A stretch of 64,000 nt of DNA from Longimicrobiales bacterium (GTDB lineage: Bacteria > Gemmatimonadota > Gemmatimonadetes > Longimicrobiales > Gaopeijiaceae), in contig CBDCKN010000014.1 of NCBI GenBank assembly GCA_965218295.1, positions 32,001-96,000 of the forward strand. The letters are read 5' to 3'. Positions 20,205 through 31,140 of the stretch are shown here, in pieces. Below the pieces are notes generated by a model that was not told the DNA's origin, ran no database searches, and worked only from the letters and a program-made list of their open reading frames with translations. A program made the translations under genes and the position numbers. Each line of letters begins with the position of its first letter. Position 1 is the stretch's first letter.

Positions 20205-21284
20205 ATGAGCGGGATCGGCCGGCTATACAAACAGGCAGGTTCACAGAATTGGACGATCGACTACTACGACTCCCTCGGTAAGCGCCACCGCGAATCCGCA
20301 CGCACGCCGAAGAAGAAGGAGGCCGAGGCACTCCTCAAGGAGAAGCTCGCCCAGGTCGGCGCTGGTATGAACATGGGTACTCATCGCGTGACCATCGGGG
20401 AGATCCTCCTTCTGGTCGAGGCCGACTACGATGTCCAAGCCCTGCGCTCGGGCGACCGACTCGGGCACGCCTCAACCCACCTGCTCGAGTTCTTCGGAGA
20501 GGAGCGACAGGCGATCTCGGTCCGACATAGCGATGTCCTCCGTTACGTGAAGTTTCGGCGGGCCGAGAGTGCGGCCGACGCAACGATCAAGCTAGAGCTC
20601 GCCGCCACGGTGGAGAAGTCGATCAGCGTCGATCAGATCCCCTCCTTCCCGAAGTTGAACATCGACAATACGAGGAAAGGGTTCTTCACGTCGGACGAAG
20701 TCGAAGGTGTCGTGGCCGAACTCATGGATCACCTTCGGCCGGTGGTGCGGTTCGCTTTCCTGACTGGGTGGAGGCGAGGTGAGATCCTATCGCTGGAATG
20801 GTCGCAAGTAGATTGGACTGCCGAGGAGATCCGGCTTGAGCCCGCCCAGGTGAAGAACAAGAAGGGTCGCACATTCCCCTTCGGGTCCTATCCCCAGCTC
20901 AAGGAACTCCTTGAGGGCCAACGGGAGAAGACGAGGGACAGCCAGCGCGAGCGCGGCGCGATTGTGAAGCACGTCTTCCACCGGAACGGAAGGCCGATCA
21001 AGTCGCTCCGGGGCGCATGGGATGGCGCCTGTGAGCGTGCCGGGCTCCCTGGTCGATGGTTCCATGACCTGAGACGCTCGGCCGTGCGCAACATGGTCCT
21101 AGCCGGCGTGCCTCGATCGACGGCGACGAAGCTATCCGGACACCGCACGGAGTCGGTTTTCGTTCGCTACACGATCCAGGACAAGGAGGTGCTGGACGAC
21201 GGCGTGAGCAAACTGGGACGCTTCCACGAAGAGACCTCGGCACCGACCCGGAAGAAGTCGGAGAAGCCCGCAAGAATCGGCTGA
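20205..21284 (+). CDS. Tyrosine recombinase/integrase
   Basis: TGWRRGE, VKNK, FHDLRR, SGH, RY catalytic set; ATG overlaps upstream TGA (ATGA). Confidence 0.93.
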   Translation: MSGIGRLYKQAGSQNWTIDYYDSLGKRHRESARTPKKKEAEALLKEKLAQVGAGMNMGTHRVTIGEILLLVEADYDVQALRSGDRLGHASTHLLEFFGEERQAISVRHSDVLRYVKFRRAESAADATIKLELAATVEKSISVDQIPSFPKLNIDNTRKGFFTSDEVEGVVAELMDHLRPVVRFAFLTGWRRGEILSLEWSQVDWTAEEIRLEPAQVKNKKGRTFPFGSYPQLKELLEGQREKTRDSQRERGAIVKHVFHRNGRPIKSLRGAWDGACERAGLPGRWFHDLRRSAVRNMVLAGVPRSTATKLSGHRTESVFVRYTIQDKEVLDDGVSKLGRFHEETSAPTRKKSEKPARIG

Positions 21285-21320
21285 ACGAGAACGCCACCGG
21301 CATAGTTTGGGCATAGTCAA

Positions 21321-21362
21321 GCCCCCAGGGCCACATAACTAAAGGGGCTCTGGGGGCCTTTT
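21321..21362 (+). terminator. Hairpin/terminator after integrase
   Basis: GCCCCCAGGGCC...GGCTCTGGGGGC stem followed by CTTTT. Confidence 0.6.
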
Positions 21363-21524
21363 CACTGAATTTTGAGTCCGGTGCGTCTACCAATTCCACC
21401 ATCCCGGCTGGTATTGCAGCGGTAATGTACGAAAGGGCCAGGGCGCCGTACATGCTATAGCGGCCCCTAACGGACAGTGGGCTTCAGTCGAACCGGAACA
21501 CCATCCACCGCCGGGTTCCTCCCG

Positions 21525-21941
21525 TCAGCGGTTCCTCGTCGTCACTTCGATGACCCCGCCAGGAAATCCAGTGCCGTATTTGGTGGTTGCCTCTAAGGGC
21601 GAGAGACGCCGTATGGTTTCGATCTCATCAACGACCAGGAACCTGAGTTCTTGGAGATCGCCACGGGTGGTTTGATCGACCACGACGCGAGCAAACGCAG
21701 GTCCAGAGACCAAGGTTCTGCCTCGCACGGGTTGTAACCAGCGTGGGCGAAGGCTCTCCACCGCCTGCCAGGCGGTCCGGCCCAGGGCTTCCTCTAACTG
21801 GGCCCGGACGATGAGATTTGTGGTCCCCCGGGTGGCGGCTGCCGCAGTCCCGAACTCCTGGCCGAACGGCGTATTGGCGGATGCACCGCAGGCGGAGGCC
21901 AGAACGGCGAGGACAAGCGATGCACAGCTGCGGCAAGACAT
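21525..21941 (-). CDS. Small TonB-plug-like lipoprotein
   Basis: Lipobox LASAC; EATTKYGTGFPGGVIEVTTR. Confidence 0.75.
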   Translation of the reverse strand: MSCRSCASLVLAVLASACGASANTPFGQEFGTAAAATRGTTNLIVRAQLEEALGRTAWQAVESLRPRWLQPVRGRTLVSGPAFARVVVDQTTRGDLQELRFLVVDEIETIRRLSPLEATTKYGTGFPGGVIEVTTRNR

Positions 21942-22083
21942 GGGCGCCGCCCCTCATTGGGTGTGACTTTGAAAACGTACCTTCATAACGGATCTCGAAT
22001 CCAGCCTTGTCAAGTACGAGTAGTGTCCGACTCCGGCGAAAAGGGGTAGAATTTCGACGGTATTCTTCGGCTCTGTTTCGGAA

Positions 22084-22293
22084 ATGACCGCCGACAGAGG
22101 CGCCTCTCTACTGAGGTACCTACCTACTTCCGGGGGAATCGTACTGAAGCAAGATTGGCCGCCGGCACGTGTGGCAAAGTTCCGGCAGGCGGGTTTCGTC
22201 TACCTGCACGTAGCCATCCTGTATGAGGCGGCGGTGTACGCGATGCTCCAGGCGGGCACCCTGCCCCTTCGCTTCGGCTCGCCGTTGGCGTGA
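22084..22293 (+). pseudogene. Truncated hypothetical membrane protein
   Basis: Hydrophobic ORF (FVYLHVAILYEAAVY) cut at the IS cluster. Confidence 0.45.
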
Positions 22294-22311
22294 TATAGAG
22301 TATCGCCATAT

Positions 22312-23542
22312 TGTGCTGAGACGGTATTCACCTGACAGTTGACCACGAGAGAGGACGGTGGCCAGCCGCCCTCGCCGGAGCTAATTGAGAGATGTCGAAG
22401 TCACTCACTTAGCACGGGAGAGAAGATGACCACCGTCCAGGGGGAGAAGATAGCGCGCCGCAAGCTGAGCCTGCTACAGTTGGCCCAGGAGCTCGGCAAC
22501 GTGAGCAAGGCGTGCAAGATCGTGGGCTACAGCCGGCAGCAGTTCTACGAGATCAGGAGGAACTTCCAGCTTTACGGGGCCGAGGGGCTGATCGACCAGC
22601 TTCCGGGGCCGAAGGGACCGCACCCGAACCGGGTGAGTGAAGAGATTGAGCAGGCGGTCTTGGCCCACGCCTTGGAGGCTCCGACGCACGGAGCTCAGCG
22701 GGTCGCGGACGAGTTGCTGCTCGGAGGGATCCAGGTGAGCTCAGGAGGCGTACGGGGCGTGTGGAGCCGGCATGGCCTCACCACGAAGCACGAACGGCTG
22801 CTCAGGCTCGAAGAGACGGCCAGGGAACGGAAGCTGAAGCTGACCGACGAGCAGATCGAGCTGCTGGAGCGCTTCAGTCCCGAGTTCCGGGAGCGCCACA
22901 TCGAAGTCCATTACCCGGGCGACCTCGTCGCCGTGGACACGTTCTTCGTCGGAACGCTGAAGGGGGTCGGCAAGGTGTACCTGCAGACCGTGCTCGATTG
23001 CTTCAGCCGCTACGCCTGGGGCCGGCTCTACACGAGCAAGCTCCCGCTCACGGCGGTGCAGGTGATGAATAACGACGTGTTGCCGTTCTTCGATGAGCAC
23101 CGGGTCCGGGTGAAGACCGTGCTCAGCGACAACGGCCGCGAGTTCTGCGGCCGTCCGGACCGTCACCCATATGAGCTGTTCCTTCAGCTCGAGGACATCG
23201 AGCACCGCACGACGAAGGTGGGCAGGCCCCAGTCCAACGGCTTCATCGAGCGCTTCCACCGCACGCTCCTCGACGAGCACTTGAGGGTGAAGGGCCGCAC
23301 CACCTGGTACGAGACCGTCGAGGAGATGCAGCAGGACCTCGAGGCGTATCTGGAGACCTACAACCGGAAGCGGCCGCACCGCGGTCGAGCCATGGAGGGC
23401 CGCACGCCCTATCAGGTCTTCAAGGCCGGTCTCACCGACGCCAGGAAGGCCGCAAAGGCCAGGAAGGAGGAGGCTAAGACGAAGGCAGCCTAGACACAGC
23501 TCCGGCGAGGGCCAACTGTCAGGTCATTACCATCTCTGTACA
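22312..23542 (+). mobile_element. IS481-family element (copy 1), transposase 22426..23493
   Basis: TGT...ACA ends, 7-bp TSD gccatat, DDE motifs VDTF/SDNGREF/NGFIERFH. Confidence 0.93.
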
Positions 23543-23679
23543 GCCATATAACACATCGCTGCAGCCGTTAGGTAAAGGTCTCCTCTGGACGGCTGCGTGA
23601 CAGGGCACCATCAAGGGAGACCCTCACACCCAGTCAGTAGGGAAAGGAGTGCCTACAATGCCATACTTGCAACGGAACC

Positions 23680-26617
23680 TGTCAACGCCAGTGAGACACT
23701 CTTGGAAATCAATTAGAGAGAGGTTGGGTCAATAGGTGTGTAAACGTATTAGGCGGCGTTCTTCCGCTGTTGGTGTGAGACGGGCTTTCCGTCTTCGAAC
23801 TTTCTTCCTTCAAATACGTCCTTGAGGAGGTGAGGAGCGTCGAGCCTTCGGAACCGCTTCTCAGCCACCAAGAGCAACTTCCAGATTAGCGCCGTAGCGC
23901 TCTCGACCCGCTTGAACCGCTTCGCTGCTGTCGTCCTGAGCCGTACCGCGGCGAACGGGCTCTCGACCACGTTCGTCGTGCGTAGATGCTTCCAGTGGTC
24001 CTCGGGGAAGTCGTAGAACGCTACCATTCGCTCCCAGTCGTCCTCGAGTACGTCCACTGCTTTCGGATACCACGGCCTATAGCGTCGGGCGAACACCTCG
24101 CGGGCCTTCAGGGCCTCGGCCCGGCTCGGTGCGTAGACCACGGCCCGGAGAAGATCCTTCGCCTCGCCCTGCTCCCGCTGAGGTAGTCGGTCCAGCACGT
24201 TCCTCATCTTGTGGTTCCAGCACCGTTGCTCACCCGCCTCAGGCCATACCTGCCGTACTGCGCCCCAGATCGCAGCGTTACCGTCCGCCATCAGAAGCCG
24301 GGGCGCCTCGATGCCGCGTGCCTTCAGGTCCCGCAACACCTCGGACCAGGACTCGACCGACTCTCGGTAGCCCGCTCTCAGGGCCAACACCTCTTTCGTC
24401 CCGTCTCGCATGGCACCCAGCACCACCAGCAGCGCCGCTTTGTCCCGCTCCAGCCCTGCCTTCACATAGATCCCGTCCGCCCACACGTAGACGACCTCAC
24501 GACCCTCCAGGCGACGCTGGCTCCATTCCTCGAACTCCGCCGTCCATCCCGCCCGCAGCCGCCGAATCGAAGACTTCGACAGCGGTGCCCCCTCGCCCAG
24601 CAGGCCCCGCATCGCCAACTCGAAGTCTCCCTCCGCCAGTCCGTGCAGATACAGCTCCGGAAGCAGAGCGCCCAGCTCCTTCGTCCGCCTCGCGAACAAC
24701 GGCAGCACGCGGCTCTCGAACCGCTCCTCAAGGCCTCGAACTCGAGGGCGTCGGAGTGTGATCGTGCCCGAGCTCATCGCCAGCCGCCTCGGCTTGCCGT
24801 ATCCGTTGCGGTAGCCCTCGGTCGCGTCCACCACCCTCCTGCGCTCTGACTTCTCTCGCCCTAGCAACTCCGTGACTTCCTCCTCCAAGATCTGTTGAAT
24901 GAACTCCTGCGCCTTCTCCCGAACCACTTCTTCCAGAACTTCCCACACGGGCGTCCTGGACTCACCCTCGGGTCCCACCGTATTCTTCCTCACGAGGCGT
25001 CGTTCCTTTCCCCCGGGCTGTCACCCGGAGTTCGCTGGTTATTACTCAGCGGAAAGGTACGTCGCCTCTCTTTTACACACCCTTTGATCCTAGCTCATTA
25101 GAGAGCAATCTCCTGTGTAGTGAGGGATGGGGTGGGAGGATTGATCCAGACGGCCTCCGGGAGTGGTTTAGGCTTCGGCTCACCGGAGACGAAGCGCTCG
25201 GGATGAGCGGCCCATGCCTCACGGAGCACGGCCTTCCTGCAGGCGATGATCCGATCGGCGTGACCGAAGTGGACCTGTTCGGGGGTCAGCATCGAGATGC
25301 CGCCATGGCGGTGCTCGGCATTATACCAACGGAAGAACGAGCGACAGAAGGTCTTGGCTTGCCCCTGATCCCCGAACCGGCCGGGAAACGAGGGATGGTA
25401 CTTCAAGGTCTTGAACTGAGCCTCGGAGAACGGATTGTCATCCGAGACCTGGGGTCGGCCCAACGAGCGGGTCACGCCGAGATCGGCGAGTAGTTGAGCC
25501 GTGCATTGGCTCGTCATCGGAGCCCCTCGATCGGAATGCAGGGTCAGGAGGTGGGGCTGGACGCCATGCTTCAAGCAACTCTGCTGGATCAGCCGGCTGG
25601 CCAGGGCAGAGTTCTCCCGATCCGCCACCATCCATCCCACGACGTAGCGGCTGAAGATGTCCAGGATCACGTAGAGGTAGAAGTAACTCCACTTCTTCGG
25701 CCCCAGCAGCCGGGTGATATCCCAGGACCAGACCTGGTTCGGGCCCCTCGCCATCAACTCGGGCTTCTGGTATTTGGGATGACTCCGCTGCGCTCGACGC
25801 TCCTGAACCGGCACCTGGGAAGCCAGAACGCGATACATCGTACGCTCGCTGCACAGGTAGACGTCCTCGTCGAGCAGCGTCGCCACCACCTCGGCTGGGG
25901 ACCGGTCCACGAACCGCTCCGAACACAGGGTGTCGAAAATCTTGTCCCGCTCCCTCTCACTTAAGGCCCGGGCGGGGGTCGGGCGGGGCTGCTGATGCCC
26001 GGTCGATGCACTCCGACGACGGTAGAACGTGGCTCGCGGCACCCTGAGCGCATCGCACGCGGGCTTCACCCCTACGTGCTTGGCTAGCTCCTGGGTCGCC
26101 TTCATGAGTTCGTCCCGTCCTCGAGGCTCAATCCCAGCAGCCCTGCAACTTTTCCCTGGACGTCGATGATCAAGTGCGCCTTCTGGAGCTCCTTCTCGAG
26201 GCGAGTGTTCTCGCGCTCCAGCTTGCGCACCTTCTCCTCCAGCGGATTGCGCTCGCGCTTACGGCCTCGTTTCTTCGACAGCGCTTTCAGGGACCCGCTA
26301 TGCGCCGCCTTGCGCCATGTCGTCAGGTGCGACGAGTATAAGCCCTCCCGCCGTAGGAGTCGGCCAACCTCTCCGGGCTCCGTGCACCGGTCCGCTTCTT
26401 CGACGATCCGCAGCTTGTACGACGGAGCGAACCGCCGGCGCAGCGGCCTATCTACCACCTCCGAGTCCGCAGGAGCTGCCGCGCTTCGCTTACCGTCCCA
26501 GGTTGGTGGGGCTATTCCATTCTCTTTCATTCTCTCTCGGTGTCTCAGCATCCTCGGTTTCTCTGCCTTCGCCCTACTCTAATTCCTTAGCTGCTCCGTG
26601 TCTCACGTAAGTTGGCA
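23680..26617 (-). mobile_element. IS3-family element (orfA 26102..26551, orfB 25098..26105) with IS256 inserted at the orfB stop
   Basis: Inverted repeats TGTCAACGCCAGTGAGACAC / TGCCAACTTACGTGAGACAC; WSWDIT, HSDRG, DNPFSEAQFKTLK. Confidence 0.9.
23720..25096 (-). mobile_element. IS256-family element (copy 1), intact transposase 23749..24993
   Basis: GYRNGY, WADGIY, QRCWNHK, RTTNVVES; 8-bp TSD attagaga. Confidence 0.93.
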
Positions 26618-27022
26618 GAGAGGGAACTGGATGTTTCCAAGCACTACGCGACCGATGTGAAGCGGGCCCTTGCCCGACGCATGGGTGAACTCTACGCGGG
26701 CATCATGCAGACCACGCCTGGCATGGTCAGCGTTGCCATTCGCGAGCTGCCGGAGGGCAGTCTGTGGAGCTGCAGCGATGGAGAGCCTGAACCAGGCGCC
26801 GTTCTGATTTGCGACATCCGGCGCGGCCGCACGCCCGAACAAAGGGCCAAGCTGGCGCAGGCGCTCGTCGACGCCTGCGTCGAGACGCTGAAGCTGCGCA
26901 GCGACCGCCTGCCTGTTGAGTTCACTCAGCACGCTGGCGACGAGATGTTTCGCGCCGGGCGTGGGTGGGCCACTGATTGGACGCAAGCGGAGGCGCAGAC
27001 GCAGGGCCGAAAAAGGGAGTAA
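26618..27022 (+). pseudogene. Tautomerase-family protein, 5' end removed at the IS3 boundary
   Basis: DIRRGRTPEQRAKLAQAL, VEFTQHAGDEM; no N-terminal Pro. Confidence 0.7.
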
Positions 27023-27310
27023 GGCAAATTGCTGACAGGGATGCCTAACTCCAGGTCGAACGGACGGGCCGGAAGTGTGGTGCCACATTTCCTGTCCGTG
27101 GTAGCCCGGCGCTCACCAAGACCCTAGGCGTAGAGAGGAACTAGGAATGCCTATCGATCAAAAAGTAGACTACCTCGAACTGCCTGCAGGGATAGGCATC
27201 ATAGGGGCCTGGCGTCCGCGACGGATGCTCCCCAACCGCGCCGTTCGGCCCAGCGTTCCCTCCTTCAGGACCTTCCGCCGTGCCACCGTCCAGCCGGATC
27301 GCAGCGCGCC

Positions 27311-28099
27311 TCACGACGGATAGGTCATCCCCCCGTTCACGCTGAGGGTCTGGCCCGTGATCTTCCCCGCCGCAGGGGAAGCGAGGAAGACGATGGCCGC
27401 CGCCACGTCGTCAGGCCCCAGGAGCCCAAGGGGAATCCGCTGCTCGATCTTCGTGAAGATGCGCCGGCTGAACTCCTCCTTCATCACCGCGTCGTACAGG
27501 CCCGTGTCCCCGGTGAGCGTGATAGAGACGTTGTTGATGCGGACCTGGAAGCGGCCGAACTCCTGGGCCAGGGACTTGGTGACGGCCAGCAGCGCCCCGT
27601 ACGCGGCCGAGATGATGGACTCCCCCGGCGTCCCCACCCGTCCGGCGTCGGACATCATGTTCACGATCGCGCCCCGCCCCTGCGCGTGCATGGGCTCGAG
27701 AACCTCCCGGATGCAGTAGATCTTGCTCCAGAACTTCATCTGGAAGGACTCGTACCACGCCTCGGGGGCGAGCTCCCGGAAGGGCTGGATGTGGTCAGGC
27801 CCGCCGGCGTTGTTCACCAGCACGTCCACCCTCCCGTGCCGCTCCATGACGAGGCGGACCATCTCCCGGACCTGACCGGCGTCCGTGACGTCGGCGGTGG
27901 CGTGCCAGCAACGGTCGCCAGCCGGGTTCACCGCCGCGGCGAGCTCCTCGGCGACCCGCTCCCCCCGTTCCCGGTGGCGGCTGTTGAGGACGACGGTGGC
28001 GCCCGCCTCCAGGAACCGCCGGGCCGTAGCAAGCCCGATTCCTTGGGTGGAGCCGGTCACCAGGACGACCTGACCGGTAAGATCGATGAGGGGATTCAT
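27311..28099 (-). CDS. SDR oxidoreductase with atypical active site
   Basis: TGSTQGIG, VLVNNAGG, SDAGRVG, ITGQTLSVNGG. Confidence 0.9.
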   Translation of the reverse strand: MNPLIDLTGQVVLVTGSTQGIGLATARRFLEAGATVVLNSRHRERGERVAEELAAAVNPAGDRCWHATADVTDAGQVREMVRLVMERHGRVDVLVNNAGGPDHIQPFRELAPEAWYESFQMKFWSKIYCIREVLEPMHAQGRGAIVNMMSDAGRVGTPGESIISAAYGALLAVTKSLAQEFGRFQVRINNVSITLTGDTGLYDAVMKEEFSRRIFTKIEQRIPLGLLGPDDVAAAIVFLASPAAGKITGQTLSVNGGMTYPS

Positions 28100-28439
28100 C
28101 GTGCGTTTTCCTCCCGTTCGTTTTCCCGGTCTCTCTTATTGGCCGACGGGGACCCGGCTCCAGCGGACCGGACTCCCACCCGATCGGGGGTCCGGTGCCC
28201 TCCAGAACGGGCGGCGGAGACGGCGGGGATGGCAGCGGTCGGCCGGGCGGGAGGCCGGAGAGGCCACGATTGCGCCCCGGATCCGGGGCCTGTCCGCTCC
28301 ACGAACGCGGTGTGCCGGCACGGAACCGGAAAGGCTAAAATGGCGCCCGAAATCCCGAACAGTCAAGGAAGGCCGGTTCGGATTCCACTCACCCGTGAAG
28401 AGACGGGCGGCGGATCATCCGGTTCGATCTCCTCCAGCG

Positions 28440-29400
28440 AAGACCCGATCAGATCCCGTCCGCTCTTCCACATGCGCCGGATCGGCTGGATCGTGTCCCG
28501 AGCGGTCACCAGTCAGAAGGCCGCCCGGGACCCGGTGGCCCAGGGCGCCCTGCAGAAGCTCCAGCAGGATCTCCTGGCGTGGGTGGACGAGTTCCCCCAC
28601 TCCTTCCGCCGGGGCGCCTCGCCGCTGGCCTTCGTCCCGAACCTGGAGGAGTTCCTGGCCGTGGCCATCGAGAACAACCGGTACGGCCCGTACTGGGTCC
28701 GGAAGGGAGGGCTCAACACGAAGGACTTCTGGGACTCCTACGCGGACGTCCCCGTGCTCTGGCAGGGCGGCTGGTACGACATCATGCCGAAGCAGATCAC
28801 GGAGCAGTACGTGCGTGCGGTGCGGAAGAACCGGAGCCCCCAGAAGCTCCTCATGGGGCCCTGGACCCACGGCGACCCCAGGTCGTACTCGGGGGACGCG
28901 GAATTCGGGTTGGAAGCGGCGGTGGACTTCGACATGATCGGGCTCCGCTGGTTCGACCAGTTCCTGAAGGGGGTGGACACGGGCTGCTGGAGGAGCCGCC
29001 CGTCCGCATCTTCGTCTTGGGGACCCTCGGCCATCGACACCGACGTCGCCGTGAAGGTCCTGGACGTCTATCCGCCGAGCCGGGACTGGCCGGAAGGCTT
29101 CGAGATGAACCTGAGCGATATCATCATGCGGGCCGCCTACCGGGAGCCGGAGCAGGACCCGGTGCCCCTGCGGGCCGGGTGTACGAGTTCACCCTCGAGA
29201 TCCCGCCGGTAAGCAACGTGTTCAAGGCCGGCCATCGGATTCGGGTGGACATCTCCAGCAGCAACTACCCCCGCTTCGACGTGAACCCCGGAACCATGGA
29301 TCATCCCTGGGAGCGGCGCAGGTACGTCACGGCGGAGAACCGGATCTACCACGACCGCGAACACCCGTCCCACATCGTCCTGCCCATCATCCCGCGCTGA
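28440..29400 (+). pseudogene. CocE/NonD hydrolase, deleted and frameshifted
   Basis: GGWYD, MGPWTHG, RWFDQFLKG, DISSSNYPRFDVN in several frames; catalytic N-terminus missing. Confidence 0.85.
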
Positions 29401-29649
29401 GCGAAGCGGGGTCCTGAGCAACCTCGACCCGCGCTCGCCGGACGCCGGACACGGGGCGGCGGAAAGCCCCCAAGGCGAGCCGGGCCGGCGGGGTGTCCCG
29501 CGGAGTTCGCCTCGGTCAGGGGAGAGAGGTCGGAGCTCTACCCACCCATGGAAGCGCCCGGAGGCGGAACGCGGCACGGACGCAAGGCGTTGCAGGAGCC
29601 GCCCGGGCGGCCGGTGCCTGCCCGCGAGACACCGAGGCCCTCCCCCTCC

Positions 29650-31027
29650 GAGGTTGGGTCAATAGGTGTGTAAACGTATTAGGCGGCGTTCTTCCGCTGT
29701 TGGTGTGAGACGGGCTTTCCGTCTTCGAACTTTCTTCCTTCAAATACGTCCTTGAGGAGGTGAGGAGCGTCGAGCCTTCGGAACCGCTTCTCAGCCACCA
29801 AGAGCAACTTCCAGATTAGCGCCGTAGCGCTCTCGACCCGCTTGAACCGCTTCGCTGCTGTCGTCCTGAGCCGTACCGCGGCGAACGGGCTCTCGACCAC
29901 GTTCGTCGTGCGTAGATGCTTCCAGTGGTCCTCGGGGAAGTCGTAGAACGCTACCATCCGCTCCCAGTCGTCCTCGAGTACGTCCACTGCTTTCGGATAC
30001 CACGGCCTATAGCGTCGGGCGAACACCTCGCGGGCCTTCAGGGCCTCGGCCCGGCTCGGTGCGTAGACCACGGCCCGGAGAAGATCCTTCGCCTCGCCCT
30101 GCTCCCGCTGAGGTAGTCGGTCCAGCACGTTCCTCATCTTGTGGTTCCAGCACCGTTGCTCACCCGCCTCAGGCCATACCTGCCGTACTGCGCCCCAGAT
30201 CGCAGCGTTACCGTCCGCCATCAGAAGCCGGGGCGCCTCGATGCCGCGTGCCTTCAGGTCCCGCAACACCTCGGACCAGGACTCGACCGACTCTCGGTAG
30301 CCCGCTCTCAGGGCCAACACCTCTTTCGTCCCGTCTCGCATGGCACCCAGCACCACCAGCAGCGCCGCTTTGTCCCGCTCCAGCCCTGCCTTCACATAGA
30401 TCCCGTCCGCCCACACGTAGACGACCTCACGACCCTCCAGGCGACGCTGGCTCCATTCCTCGAACTCCGCCGTCCATCCCGCCCGCAGCCGCCGAATCGA
30501 AGACTTCGACAGCGGTGCCCCCTCGCCCAGCAGGCCCCGCATCGCCAACTCGAAGTCTCCCTCCGCCAGTCCGTGCAGATACAGCTCCGGAAGCAGAGCG
30601 CCCAGCTCCTTCGTCCGCCTCGCGAACAACGGCAGCACGCGGCTCTCGAACCGCTCCTCAAGGCCTCGAACTCGAGGGCGTCGGAGTGTGATCGTGCCCG
30701 AGCTCATCGCCAGCCGCCTCGGCTTGCCGTATCCGTTGCGGTAGCCCTCGGTCGCGTCCACCACCCTCCTGCGCTCTGACTTCTCTCGCCCTAGCAACTC
30801 CGTGACTTCCTCCTCCAAGATCTGTTGAATGAACTCCTGCGCCTTCTCCCGAACCACTTCTTCCAGAACTTCCCACACGGGCGTCCTGGACTCACCCTCG
30901 GGTCCCACCGTATTCTTCCTCACGAGGCGTCGTTCCTTTCCCCCGGGCTGTCACCCGGAGTTCGCTGGTTATTACTCAGCGGAAAGGTACGTCGCCTCTC
31001 TTTTTACACACCCTTTGATCCTAGCTC
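29650..31027 (-). mobile_element. IS256-family element (copy 2), intact transposase 29679..30923
   Basis: Same protein as copy 1; 8-bp TSD ccccctcc. Confidence 0.93.
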
Positions 31028-31140
31028 CCCCCTCCCTTGCATCGCCGGCCACAGCCCCGCCCCCCTCACCGGACCCCCCGGCACCACCACCTCCCTCCCC
31101 GAGGGGTTCGAGTCCCGCCTGGGCAGTCCCTCGTCGGCCC

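Larger units (their letters stand above)
19131..21408. mobile_element. Small integrative element bounded by a 40-bp direct repeat (tRNA-Leu 5' half)
   Basis: 19131..19170 identical to 21369..21408; tyrosine integrase inside. Confidence 0.88.

Noticed and set aside
21369..21408. Second tRNA gene
   Set aside because: 5' half only; no T arm or 3' acceptor strand
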